Origin: Nannocystales bacterium
Lineage (GTDB): Bacteria; Myxococcota_A; Polyangia; Nannocystales; Nannocystaceae
Length of the DNA stretch: 64,000 bases
Assembly (NCBI GenBank): GCA_050633305.1
Contig: JBOEGF010000019.1
Span: 32,001 to 96,000 of the forward strand
Direction of reading: 5' to 3'
Positions 54,380 to 63,897 of this stretch are shown piece by piece. The translations under genes and the position numbers were made by a program. Every line of letters starts with the position of its first letter. Position 1 is the stretch's first letter. The notes beneath the pieces are model-generated. The model searched no databases. It saw only the letters and a list, made by a program, of their open reading frames with translations, and was not told the origin of the DNA.

Positions 54380-55465
54380 TCAGGAGCGGGCAGGGGTTCC
54401 GCCCTCGACCATGCCGGGGAAGCGCTCCAAGTAGGTCAGCAGATCGGCCCCCACTGCGGCATTGCGCAGCATCTGTGGCCCCCACGGTGGGCGTTTCGGT
54501 GAGAACGACGGGTCGTCGATGTCACTTGGCCAATCGGGGTGTGCGATCGCGGCTCGGCCGACGACGACGACGTCCGCGCCGCACTCCCGGACAGCCTGCG
54601 CGTCGGCGCGGGTCCACACCCCACCGGCGGCGAGCAGCGCGACCTCGGAGGGGAGGGCCTCGCGGAGTTGCGTCACCACGGGCTGCGCCGAGTCTTCGAA
54701 GGGGGCCGAGCCCGCCGCGTCGCGAAGCGAGAGGTGAACGTAGTCGGCACCGTCCTCGGCGAGTGAGGCGACAAGCGGCCGAGCGTCCGCGAGCGTGAGT
54801 CCGCGGCGGTCCCAGGTATCGACCGGAGAGATCCGAACCCCCACGATGAAGGAGGACGAGGTTGAGGCTCGTACCGCGTGCATCGTTTCGCGGAGAAAGC
54901 GTGCGCGTCCGTCGAGGTCGCCTCCGTACTCGTCGGTGCGTTTGTTGTCCAGGGGGGCCAGGAACTGGGTGAAGAGGTAGCCGTTGGCGCCGTGGACTTC
55001 GACGCCAGCGAAGCCCGCCCGCTCGGCGCGGCGCGCTGCCGCCACGAAGGCGTCGGTGACCCGCTCGAGGTCCGAGGGGGTCGCCCCACGCACGCCGGCT
55101 TCCGCGTCATCCTCGGTCGAGAGCTTCACCTCGGCCTCGGTCGCTTTGGCCCCAGCGTGGTGCAGCTGGACGAGACCCAACGAGTCGGTCTCCCCGATTG
55201 CGGTGGCGAGCCGGGCCAGGCCCGGCTCGTGTTGTTTTCCGGCGATTCCCAGTTGCCCGTCCCACGCCTTGCCCTCGTCGCTGACGTACGCGGCACACGT
55301 GGAGACCAGCGAAAACGATCCCGCCCGCCGCGTGAGCCAGCGGAACTCGTCCTCGTGCAGCGTGCCGTCGCTGTTGGATTGAAGGTTGGTCAACGGTGCC
55401 AGCGCGACCCGGTGTGGGAGTGTGGCGCCGCAGCGGAGGCTCAGCGGCGAGGCGAGTGAGGTCAT
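54380..55465 (-). CDS. NADH:flavin oxidoreductase (Old Yellow Enzyme family)
   Basis: LAPLT, QLHHAG, GFAGVEVHGANGYLFTQFL, RTDEYGG, VGRAAIAHPDW. Confidence 0.93.
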   Translation of the reverse strand: MTSLASPLSLRCGATLPHRVALAPLTNLQSNSDGTLHEDEFRWLTRRAGSFSLVSTCAAYVSDEGKAWDGQLGIAGKQHEPGLARLATAIGETDSLGLVQLHHAGAKATEAEVKLSTEDDAEAGVRGATPSDLERVTDAFVAAARRAERAGFAGVEVHGANGYLFTQFLAPLDNKRTDEYGGDLDGRARFLRETMHAVRASTSSSFIVGVRISPVDTWDRRGLTLADARPLVASLAEDGADYVHLSLRDAAGSAPFEDSAQPVVTQLREALPSEVALLAAGGVWTRADAQAVRECGADVVVVGRAAIAHPDWPSDIDDPSFSPKRPPWGPQMLRNAAVGADLLTYLERFPGMVEGGTPARS

Positions 55466-55542
55466 GTGGCTTGATACCAGGGCGCGGCATCGAGCTACAT
55501 CAACTCCTCGGGGCGAGCGTCTCGTCCTCGCGTGCAGCTTGT

Positions 55543-56121
55543 CTACGGTCGGTCGAAGCGGCCGAGACCGAGGCGACCGAGGCCTCCGCGGAGCAGCCGC
55601 TTGGCGCGGGCTTTCGCGCTGCCGTCCGGCGCAGGGCTAAATGCTGCGGGTTCGCCGATAGCCTTGAGGTGTCTACGCAGGAGGTTCTGCGCGGAGACCA
55701 GGCCGCCGGTGTGCTTGAGCAGCGAGCGGCCAAGCTCTCGATCCAGGGCGAGGAGTTCTCCGGGGACGAAGGCCGCGCGCTGCCCTCGGAGGACCTGCGT
55801 GACCGCCCAGCCGGCGAGGTCCGGATCGATGGCGTGGTCGAGGACCAACCATACATCTCCGCGTGCCACCTTCGCCGCGCGGCGAATGCCCGAGCCCGGT
55901 TCAACGTCCTGGAGAGTCCGCAGGTTGGCAATCTGTCCATGCAGGACACTGAGGACGGAGAGCGTGTTGTCTCCCGAGCGCTCGTCGAGCGCGAGAATCT
56001 CTGCGCTGACCGGCTCACCGCGAGCGTCGACGTGTTCTTCCACGCGGACCGCAGCTCGCACGAGCGAGGCGACGTCGTTTTCCTGGTCCCTCACGGGGAG
56101 GATGATCGAGACCTCAGGCAC
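55543..56121 (-). CDS. Short, degenerate GT2-like glycosyltransferase
   Basis: VSIILPV, ILALDERSGDNT, ARGDVWLVLD; only 192 aa and no canonical DxD. Confidence 0.6.
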   Translation of the reverse strand: MPEVSIILPVRDQENDVASLVRAAVRVEEHVDARGEPVSAEILALDERSGDNTLSVLSVLHGQIANLRTLQDVEPGSGIRRAAKVARGDVWLVLDHAIDPDLAGWAVTQVLRGQRAAFVPGELLALDRELGRSLLKHTGGLVSAQNLLRRHLKAIGEPAAFSPAPDGSAKARAKRLLRGGLGRLGLGRFDRP

Positions 56122-56391
56122 GCGGTGTGATTGGGATATTCGCTAGGTCGGTGTCGGGTCAACAGGCGATTGCGCCGGGGCGATCTCCCGGAGGCGCAGC
56201 GCTACGCAGGGCGCGCATCCGTACCCGGGGGCCACGATCCTGGCGGCCAGGTGCGAAATAGGCCCCAGAAACCCTGCAACAGACCGCTCCGACGGCCGAG
56301 ATCTCTATCGCTAGGTTTCTTGTACTCTCCAAACCCTTTCCCGTTCGGGCCCGCGTTTTTGCCGGGCCTGATCACCAAGGAGTTCCACGAC

Positions 56392-56994
56392 ATGGCCGGT
56401 GTCAACAAAGCAATCATCGTCGGAAACCTCGGGCGCGACCCCGAGCTTCGCTACACCCAGGGCGGCAGCCCCGTCTGCCAGTTGAGCGTCGCGACCACGC
56501 GCGCCTACACCAACAAAACCACCAACGACCGGGTCGAGGAGACCGAGTGGCATCGCATCGTGGTTTGGGGCAAGCAGGCCGAGCACTGCAACAACTACTT
56601 GGCCAAGGGCCGCCAAGTCTACGTCGAGGGTCGAATCCAGACTCGCAACTACGAAGACAAGGAAGGCATCAAGCGCTACTCCACCGAGATCATCGCGGAC
56701 GTCGTCCAGTTTCTGGGCGGCCGTGGCGGTGGTGACGGCGGTGGCGGTGGCGGAAACTACGGCGGAGGCGGAGGCGGCGGCGGCGGCGGCGGAAGCTACG
56801 GTGGTGGCGGCGGCCAAGGTGGCGGCGGCCAAGGTGGCGGCGGCCAAGGTGGCGGCGGCCAAGGTGGCGGCGGCCAAGGTGGCGGCGGCCAAGGTGGCGG
56901 CGGCCAAGGTGGCGGCGGCGGTGGCCAAGGCGGAGCCGGGTGGAACGACAACTACATCCCCTCCGACCCGGGCGACGACGACATCCCGTTCTAG
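56392..56994 (+). CDS. ssb: Single-stranded DNA-binding protein
   Basis: GVNKAIIVGNLGRDPELRYT, TEWHRIV, KGRQVYVEGRI, Gly-rich linker, DDDIPF tip. Confidence 0.98.
   Translation: MAGVNKAIIVGNLGRDPELRYTQGGSPVCQLSVATTRAYTNKTTNDRVEETEWHRIVVWGKQAEHCNNYLAKGRQVYVEGRIQTRNYEDKEGIKRYSTEIIADVVQFLGGRGGGDGGGGGGNYGGGGGGGGGGGSYGGGGGQGGGGQGGGGQGGGGQGGGGQGGGGQGGGGQGGGGGGQGGAGWNDNYIPSDPGDDDIPF
56806..56910 (+). repeat. Perfect 15-bp tandem repeat, 7 copies, in the ssb linker
   Basis: (ggcggcggccaaggt)7 encoding GGGQG. Confidence 0.95.
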
Positions 56995-57013
56995 GACTCG
57001 TCGATCATTCGAA

Positions 57014-57044
57014 GAAAAGGGCCCGCGATGTGCGGGCCCTTTTC
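57014..57044. terminator. Bidirectional Rho-independent terminator between convergent genes
   Basis: gaaaagggcccgc-gatgt-gcgggcccttttc perfect stem with A/T tracts on both sides. Confidence 0.85.
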
Positions 57045-57101
57045 GTTCTACGAGCTCGGTGCTCCGTCAGGCGCACCGCACCGATGTTGGCTCGGGCGAC
57101 T

Positions 57102-57641
57102 TCAGAGGCACTCGAGCGTGACTTGGTGTTCGTGTCCCGAGCCGAAGGACGTTGTTGCCGTCACGCTCTCGCCCGCGAGCAGAGCGTTGACCTGCGCACC
57201 GGTGAGGTCGAGCGAGTGGGGGTGCCCCGAGCCAAGGATCGCAAGGCCCTCGAGCGCCGTGTCTGCCTGAAGCATGTCAGCTGTGATCTCGAGCGTGTGG
57301 TCGTGCAAGTCGAACTCGGCCCCCGTCGCCCCGTTCTCACTACAGTCCGGCGCTCCACCGCCGCTGCTGCTGCTGCTGCTGGTCGCGCCGCTCTCGCTGC
57401 TGTCCCCGCTCGTTTCGCCCGTCGAGGTCGAGGCCGAGTCGGACGTGGACGGACCCGTCGTCGTCGCAGGTCCGGCTGAGGTTGTGCCCCCCGTGGTCGA
57501 CGGATCTGAGTCCCCGGTGGTTCCAGAAGGCGCCCCGTCGGTTCCGTTGCCCGAGTCGCTCTCACATCCCACCGCGCCGGCAGCGAGAGCGCCCAAGGAC
57601 ATGCGGAGGAACGTCTTTCGGGTCAGGCGAGGCGGCTGCAT
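57102..57641 (-). CDS. Tat-type lipoprotein with three HxH motifs (putative metal-binding)
   Basis: TRKTFL Tat variant; AVGC lipobox; HDH, HPH, HEH; two flanking Cys. Confidence 0.7.
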   Translation of the reverse strand: MQPPRLTRKTFLRMSLGALAAGAVGCESDSGNGTDGAPSGTTGDSDPSTTGGTTSAGPATTTGPSTSDSASTSTGETSGDSSESGATSSSSSSGGGAPDCSENGATGAEFDLHDHTLEITADMLQADTALEGLAILGSGHPHSLDLTGAQVNALLAGESVTATTSFGSGHEHQVTLECL

Positions 57642-57810
57642 GCATGCGTGATAGCCGGCTCAGCCCCGCGATGCCAAGGAAAAGCCCCCACGGCGGCTTG
57701 CGTCGCTGTCTGATGTCCCGGCGTCACGGACGTCCGAACCGCTGTTCAACGACTCGAGCTTGGTCGGTCTGTGGGCCGCAGGCAGTCGGAGGACACTGCG
57801 TCCGAGGTAA

Positions 57811-58815
57811 TCACCCGGGTTCGTTGGGCTCCCAGCCTTCGTACGCCCACGGTTGGACGTCTTCGGCGCTGAGTGCCTTCAGGAACGAAACGAGCGCTCG
57901 CGTTTGAGGGCCTGTGAACTCTTTGTCGAGTTGGTGGCGGGCCATCAGGCGCACGGCTTCTTCGAGGGAGTCGACGCTGCCGTCATGAAACCACGGTCCA
58001 GTTTCCGACACGTTGCGCAGAGACGGCACCATGAAGACCATCTCGTCCTTCGGATCTCCGGTGAGCTCGAACCGTCCCTTGTCCGCACGTCGCTCTTGTG
58101 GCCACGCCACCTCGTCTCCGAGTTTCTTGTAGTCCGTGCCGCCGACGCCCGCCCCATCGTGGCAGTCGGTGCAATTGCGCCGAAAGATTCGGTATCCGCG
58201 ACGCTCGCTCCGGCTCAGGGCGTCGCGGTCGCCGTCGAGAAAACGGTCCACTCGCCCCCGGCGTGGAAGCATCCGTTCGTAGGACGCCAACGCGGTCGTG
58301 ACCTGCTCGAGGGTCGGGCCGTCTTCTCCCGGAAACGCCGATTCAAACTCGGGTCCCCACGCCGCAGCCACGTGTGCGAGCAGTCCCTCTTCGGTCTGTC
58401 CCATCTCATCGGCGGCGAACAGGGGGCCGCTCGCTTGTTCCTCGAGCGTCTCCACGCGACCATCCCAAAACTGGCGGGCCTTGAGCGCCGCGTTGAAGAC
58501 CGAGGGCGAGTTTCGACCCACGAGCACACCGCCTGTCCCCTTGGAGCGGGGGAGCGCATCTGTGCCAAATTCGGCGGGTTCGTGACATGACGAACACGAC
58601 ACGTCGCCAGCTCCGGACAGCCCCGGGTCGAAGAAGAGGTCGTGCCCGAGACGAACGCGAGCCAACGCCGTGTCATCGAGTTCGCCCAGGTCCGGATTTG
58701 AGATCGACTCCAGGTCGCCGCATCCCACCAGAGCGAGGCCGAGGATTGCCAATCGAGCCAGCCCCACGCCTGCTGGGCGTTGAGGCTCGCGGGCGGTGTC
58801 GAAAGTCTTAGACAT
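57811..58815 (-). CDS. Di-heme cytochrome c peroxidase (bCcP/MauG family) lipoprotein
   Basis: LFFDPGLS, CSSCH, QFWDGR, CTDCH, VPSLRNV..TGPWFHDGS; LVGC lipobox. Confidence 0.9.
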   Translation of the reverse strand: MSKTFDTAREPQRPAGVGLARLAILGLALVGCGDLESISNPDLGELDDTALARVRLGHDLFFDPGLSGAGDVSCSSCHEPAEFGTDALPRSKGTGGVLVGRNSPSVFNAALKARQFWDGRVETLEEQASGPLFAADEMGQTEEGLLAHVAAAWGPEFESAFPGEDGPTLEQVTTALASYERMLPRRGRVDRFLDGDRDALSRSERRGYRIFRRNCTDCHDGAGVGGTDYKKLGDEVAWPQERRADKGRFELTGDPKDEMVFMVPSLRNVSETGPWFHDGSVDSLEEAVRLMARHQLDKEFTGPQTRALVSFLKALSAEDVQPWAYEGWEPNEPG

Positions 58816-58933
58816 TTCAACAGCCTGGCGTGCGCCCCCCCGCAGCGGCAGTGACCGAAGTCGTCAAACCGTTGCCCGATCCTGCCAACGCCAAGACCGA
58901 AGCCTCATCGCGTCGGCTACGGCGGCGCTGGGA

Positions 58934-60478
58934 CTACATGTATCGCCGTCGACGGACGAAGAGTAGGAGACCCCAGAGCATCGCGGTCGATCCCGGTCCG
59001 CCGTCGCTGGTGCAGCCACACCCAGCATCGGACCCGTCGCTCGACGCATCGCCGTCGGCCGATTCAGAGCCTCCGCTCGATGTCTCATCCCCGGGGGTGG
59101 CGGGTCCGGCCGTTGCGGAGCCGGACCCAGTACCGCCACCAGTACCACTTTGAGGCGCGGCGGAGCCGGAACTCGAGCCCGCGGCTCCGGTGTCGTCGCC
59201 CAGAGGAGGGGACCCTGTGCTGGAGGTGGTGCTGTCTCCACCGCTCGCGCCACCGTCATCCCCGGCTCCGGGCGGGTCGACGTCCGCAATCAGCTCGGTC
59301 AGGTCCATGATGCCCTCGAAGAGTTCGTCGCAAACCGGGATGATGTCCTCGGGAGGCAGGACGAACCCGAACGGCGGTTCGGCGTCTGAGTCGGGGCGGA
59401 GCTCGATACCGTATGCGTACGCGCCTCGCTCGCCGTACGCCCAGTCCATGATGTTGCCGGCCGCGGGATACAGGCCTGCTCCGGGAATGGCGATGTAGTC
59501 CGTGGCCCACGGTTCGCCCATGCCGTCGGCGAGGGTCTGCGCGGCAGGAGCGAGGATGTCGTCGTCGGGTGCGGGATCGAGCTCGAACCCCCACGGATAA
59601 AGGACCAGCTGACCGTAGGCGTGCACGTCGACGAGAGCCAGCAGGGGGTCGAGCCCGTCCACGAGGTCCCGGACCGCGGCCGCTTCGGGCTCCGAGAACG
59701 CGGCGTCGCCATGGTAGTTGCCCGCGCCGGGGTTGCCCGAGGCTCCTGGACCTCCGAAGGCAACCGGGAAGTTTCGGTTGAGGTCGACGCCCTCGGGGGG
59801 ACGTCGGTTCTTTCGCCAGAATCGGTCGCCGTCCGTGGCCCAGGTATGCGCGTAGCCGTCGGGGTTGACCACCGGGAGAATGACGAAGCGGATCTGTTCG
59901 AGCGCCGCCGCGACTCTGGGGGTGTCGGCGTTTCGGACCAGGCGGTCGGCCAGGCACGTGGTGGCGGCGATCGAGATCCATTCGCGCGCGTGTTGGCCTC
60001 CGTTGACCAGCACCACGGGGGCGTCCTTCGCCGCACCGCTGATCTGAAGGGCTCGGAGCGGTCGCCCATCGAAGCTCTCCCCCGGCGACGTGGCTGTGAC
60101 CAGGTCGGGTCGCAGCGCCGCGAGCGACTCGAGGTGGAGCTCGATCTCATCGATCGGCGCGTACTCCGAGAAAAAATCCTCCGGTGGCATGCCACCGTGC
60201 AGGACCGGAGCACTCAAGCGCACGCGCTCTTCTTGGACAGCAGGGCCCAGATCGACGGCGCGCAGAGAGTAGTCGAGACCCGTCTGGTCGAGGAGGGCCT
60301 GCTCGCCCGCCTTGAGCCGGACGTCGAGCCAGGGTCCTACGTTGCGCTCGGTCCAGACGTCGAGGCCCAAGTCATGGACGGTGTCCACGTCATGGGCCGT
60401 CGGGGTGTGGACCCGTACGACCTGGTCTCCGTCGTTGGTGACAGCGGAGAGCAACAACCACGAGAGCAAGACCGACAA
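58934..60478 (-). CDS. M14 zinc carboxypeptidase with MYXO-CTERM-type sorting tail
   Basis: HAREW, VNPDGY, WRKNR, GVDLNRNF, HAYGQ, IELR; C-terminal GCGC, TM segment, RRRR. Confidence 0.92.
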   Translation of the reverse strand: MSVLLSWLLLSAVTNDGDQVVRVHTPTAHDVDTVHDLGLDVWTERNVGPWLDVRLKAGEQALLDQTGLDYSLRAVDLGPAVQEERVRLSAPVLHGGMPPEDFFSEYAPIDEIELHLESLAALRPDLVTATSPGESFDGRPLRALQISGAAKDAPVVLVNGGQHAREWISIAATTCLADRLVRNADTPRVAAALEQIRFVILPVVNPDGYAHTWATDGDRFWRKNRRPPEGVDLNRNFPVAFGGPGASGNPGAGNYHGDAAFSEPEAAAVRDLVDGLDPLLALVDVHAYGQLVLYPWGFELDPAPDDDILAPAAQTLADGMGEPWATDYIAIPGAGLYPAAGNIMDWAYGERGAYAYGIELRPDSDAEPPFGFVLPPEDIIPVCDELFEGIMDLTELIADVDPPGAGDDGGASGGDSTTSSTGSPPLGDDTGAAGSSSGSAAPQSGTGGGTGSGSATAGPATPGDETSSGGSESADGDASSDGSDAGCGCTSDGGPGSTAMLWGLLLFVRRRRYM

Positions 60479-60490
60479 GTCACGAGCGTA

Positions 60491-61408
60491 TCAGCTCGCT
60501 AGGTCATCGCCCGCGCGCGCCCAGTCTTCGAGCTTGGTCTGAAGGTCGATCGCTACGCCGCTGTGGAACGGATGCGCAAACTGAAGCCGCCAGGCGTGCA
60601 GATGTAGCCGTGAAGCGTCGGTGTCACCGCCGCCGTAGCGACGGTCCCCGTACACCGGGAAGCCGCAGTGCGCAGCGTGCACCCGAATCTGATGCGTCCG
60701 GCCGGTGACCAGGGAAACCTCGAGCAGTGACGTTCCTGCGATGTCGAGCACAGGTTCGACGCGCCGGAACTTGGTCGCCGCTGGCTTGGCGCGGGCCTGC
60801 CCTGACTTGGCGACCTGCATACTGTCGGTGCCAGCTTTCTCGATCAGCGGGGCGTTGCACTCGAACGCAGCGGGGGCTTCGCCTGTCACACGCACACGGT
60901 AGATGCGTTCGATGTTGTGGTGCTCGAACTCGCGGTGGAGGCTCTTGTTGGCGACGCTGCGGATCGTGATCAACACCAAGCCGGATGCGCCTTGGTCGAG
61001 CCGATGCACGACGCCGACGTAGGGTCGCTCCAGTCCTTCGGCGCGGAGCTTGCGTCGAAGCGCTTCGCTGAGGGTCCCGCGGGCCGTTGCCTTGGTGGCC
61101 GCGACGGGGATGCCCGCGGGCTTGTCGAGGACGACGAAGGACTCCTCGCGGTGCACGAAGTTCAGCACGTCATCGGGCTCGAGCTCTTCCACGTCGAGCG
61201 CATCGGGGTAGACCGTGACTCGATCTCCGGTCGCGACGCGGGTCGAGGGCACACGGACCCGCAGGTGGCCGATGTAGACGGCGCCGGCTTTGACGAGCTC
61301 GATGCCGTCGCGCTTGGATTTCTTGGGCAGTCGGTTGCCGACCAGGGAGCCAAGCGCGGTGCCCTGCTCCTGAGGGACCACGCGAAACCGCATCGGACGA
61401 CTCGCCAT
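60491..61408 (-). CDS. RluA/RluD-family pseudouridine synthase
   Basis: S4-like N-terminus, DKPAG, VHRLDQGASG, TGRTHQIRVH, GDRRYG, LHLHA. Confidence 0.93.
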   Translation of the reverse strand: MASRPMRFRVVPQEQGTALGSLVGNRLPKKSKRDGIELVKAGAVYIGHLRVRVPSTRVATGDRVTVYPDALDVEELEPDDVLNFVHREESFVVLDKPAGIPVAATKATARGTLSEALRRKLRAEGLERPYVGVVHRLDQGASGLVLITIRSVANKSLHREFEHHNIERIYRVRVTGEAPAAFECNAPLIEKAGTDSMQVAKSGQARAKPAATKFRRVEPVLDIAGTSLLEVSLVTGRTHQIRVHAAHCGFPVYGDRRYGGGDTDASRLHLHAWRLQFAHPFHSGVAIDLQTKLEDWARAGDDLAS

Positions 61409-62304
61409 CAGCTCATCTCGTTTCGCATCTGTTCAGCAAGCTCGAGCAGGTCGGTCTTGGAGAGCACATAGTCATCGTTGCAGTAGTTGCAGGTGACCGC
61501 GGTCTCGTCCTGTTCGGAGGCGAGCTTCTCGATGTCTTCGGCGCCGAGCGTGGAGAGAATCGCGAGCGCGCGTCGCCGGCCGCACGGGCAGTGGAAATTG
61601 AGCGTCCGACGCTCCATCGCTTCGTAGGACTCGCCCAGGAGCGCAAAGCCGACGACTTCCTCCACGGTGCGGTCCGATCGCAGCAGGTCCGCCAGGCCTC
61701 CGTCGCGCACGAAATCTCGCAGCGGTTCGAACACCTCAGGTGGCGAACCCGGGAACGTCTGACAAAGGATGCCTGCCGAGCGAAGCACGTTGCCTGCGCT
61801 GTCGAGTTCGACTTCGCACGCGAGCACCGAAGGAAGCTGTTCGGAGTTGGTCAGGTAGCGTTCGAGGTCGACGTCGATCTCCCCGGTCTCGAGCGCAACG
61901 ATGCCTTGGTACTCCTGCTCCAGGCCCATGTCGCGGGTGACGACGATCTGGCCCTCGCCCACGAGGTGGCCGACGCGGGTGCGGTACGCCTTGGGGTCAG
62001 GAGCGGGTACGGGGACGGGCCCCGGCCGGGTGGTGAGCATGCCGCGGATCGTTCCGTCGCTGTGCGCGTCGATCAGGATCTGACGAATTCGGCGTTGCCC
62101 GCGGAGCTGAATCCGAACTCGCTCGTCATCGTTCTTGGTCAGCGTCGCGAGCAGGCAGGCGGCCGTCATCGCGCGCCCGAGCACGACGGCGTCCAGGCCC
62201 TGGAGGCTGTGGCGACGGCACGCCTCGGTGACCAGTTCAGTGGTCACCGCACCCACCACGCGGGTGTCTTTGCCGGTGTTGATGCCGCGCAGGAGCTCGT
62301 CCAT
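61408..62304 (-). CDS. hslO: Hsp33 redox-regulated chaperone
   Basis: LGRAMTAA, YQGIV, YLTNSEQLPS, C-terminal CPC...CNYC zinc switch. Confidence 0.92.
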   Translation of the reverse strand: MDELLRGINTGKDTRVVGAVTTELVTEACRRHSLQGLDAVVLGRAMTAACLLATLTKNDDERVRIQLRGQRRIRQILIDAHSDGTIRGMLTTRPGPVPVPAPDPKAYRTRVGHLVGEGQIVVTRDMGLEQEYQGIVALETGEIDVDLERYLTNSEQLPSVLACEVELDSAGNVLRSAGILCQTFPGSPPEVFEPLRDFVRDGGLADLLRSDRTVEEVVGFALLGESYEAMERRTLNFHCPCGRRRALAILSTLGAEDIEKLASEQDETAVTCNYCNDDYVLSKTDLLELAEQMRNEMS

Positions 62305-62439
62305 CGCGCGGAGGGTAGCAGCAGCCTGCGGCCGGGCCCACGGGGCCCGCAAATGTCCGATCCGAGGTGGATTGGGGTGCCTCGCCCGCGGGTGCGGCGG
62401 TGCTGCGCTTTGAGCGAACCCTCGACCCGCACCCTCGGG

Positions 62440-63696
62440 CTACTTCAGCCGGGCAAGCTCGACTTCGACCGTCTCGACCTTCTTGGAGGGACGTCGCTCG
62501 ACCATGATCTCGACCTTGTCTCCGGCGTTCTTGGCCTCGAGGGCGCCGTAGAGGTCGTCGAAGTTCGTGATGCGGGTCTCGCCGACCGCGACGATGATGT
62601 CGAACTGCACACCACCGCCGGCCTCGGTGATCGAGCGAAGCCCTGCCTTCGCAGCCGGGGAACCCGCGGGGACCTTGCGGATGATCACCCCTTTCGTGAC
62701 GCCCAGCCGGCGTGCCTTGTTGGGGGACAGGACACCAACCCCCAGGCCGACGCGCTCGGCTCGGCCGGAGCGGATGAGCTGAGGGACAAGGCGCTTGATC
62801 GTGGTCACCGGGACCGCGAAGCCGATGCCGGCCGAGCTACCGCTGGCGGAGAAGATCATCGTGTTCATGCCGATTAGCTCGCCCGCGGAGTTGAGCAGAG
62901 GGCCCCCGGAGTTGCCCGGGTTGATCGCGGCGTCGGTCTGGACCATGCCCCGAATGGTCAGACCTCCCACGCCCTTGACCTCGCGCCCGAGCGCAGAGAC
63001 GACCCCTACGGTGAGCGTGTGATCGAGGCCGAAGGGGTTGCCGATCGCCAGAGTCTTTTGGCCGACCTCGAGCTCGTACTCTTTGGGCGGGCGGCGAAGC
63101 GCGGTGAGCCCTTCGGGAGCGGTGATCTTCAGCACCGCGATGTCCTTGGCGGCGTCGAAGCCGACGATCTCCGCCGGGTATTCTTTCTGGTCGTACAGCG
63201 TGACCTTGAGCTTCGGTTTGTTGCGGAGCTGGCAGTTGGGTAGGGCGACGTGGCAGTTGGTGACGATGTGCCCTTCTTCGTCCCAGACAAACCCGGTGCC
63301 CGTGCCCGCGGGGGCTTCGGTGGCTTTCATCGAATAGCGGTCGTAGACGACCTGACTCTGGGTCACGAAGACGGTGGCCGGCGCGGCCGCCTTGAACACG
63401 GAGGTCGAGTTCTGCTCGTCCTGCGTGCGGGCGCCCAGAGGGAGCGGAGCCACTGCGGGGGTCGCGGTCGGCTGAGGCTCGGCCTTGGCCAGCACGGCTC
63501 CGACCGGCTCGGTATCGACCACCGGCTGGGCCTCGGGTTGGGCCTCAGGACTCGCACGGGCTGGCTTGGGCTCGGCCGGCGCTGGAGCAGGCGCGGGAGC
63601 AGGTGCCGCGGCGACCGCAGGTTCTGCGGGGGGGGCAGCGGTATCGCAGGCCGTGGTGACGAGCAAGGCGGCGCCGAGACAGAGGACTCGGTGCAT
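62440..63696 (-). CDS. HtrA/DegP-like serine protease with PDZ domain, lipoprotein
   Basis: GTGTGF, TNCHV, DIAVL, IGNPFGL, QTDAAINPGNSGGPL; TTAC lipobox. Confidence 0.93.
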   Translation of the reverse strand: MHRVLCLGAALLVTTACDTAAPPAEPAVAAAPAPAPAPAPAEPKPARASPEAQPEAQPVVDTEPVGAVLAKAEPQPTATPAVAPLPLGARTQDEQNSTSVFKAAAPATVFVTQSQVVYDRYSMKATEAPAGTGTGFVWDEEGHIVTNCHVALPNCQLRNKPKLKVTLYDQKEYPAEIVGFDAAKDIAVLKITAPEGLTALRRPPKEYELEVGQKTLAIGNPFGLDHTLTVGVVSALGREVKGVGGLTIRGMVQTDAAINPGNSGGPLLNSAGELIGMNTMIFSASGSSAGIGFAVPVTTIKRLVPQLIRSGRAERVGLGVGVLSPNKARRLGVTKGVIIRKVPAGSPAAKAGLRSITEAGGGVQFDIIVAVGETRITNFDDLYGALEAKNAGDKVEIMVERRPSKKVETVEVELARLK

Positions 63697-63897
63697 GGCA
63701 TTTCCGGCGTGAGAGGTCATTGCGGTTCGAGCAGGCCCAGAAGGCGAATGTAGGCCGCTACACCGCGGCCGCAAGGTTTGTTCCCAGGGAGGCCTTCCTA
63801 GGTCCTCGCCCGTGGTGTGTTGTTCAGGCCTAAACAGACCGCAAACCCCACCGGAGCGTACGTCTGGGGGAGGCCTATCGTGCTATATCTCGCTCCA

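Noticed and set aside
58815..58827. tttcaacagcctg, resembling an IS or MITE end
   Set aside because: No partner inverted repeat or target duplication nearby; it sits in the start region of the peroxidase gene.
249..62877. Many long alternative-frame and antisense ORFs (for example 249-1610, 7487-9100, 15296-16993, 25949-27361, 36550-38304, 61591-62877)
   Set aside because: They are shadows of real genes in high-GC DNA, with Arg/Gly/Pro/Ala-rich translations and no recognisable motifs.
63812..63828. Possible myxobacterial LexA box (GTTCAGG half-site)
   Set aside because: The upstream CTRHAM half-site is absent at the required spacing.
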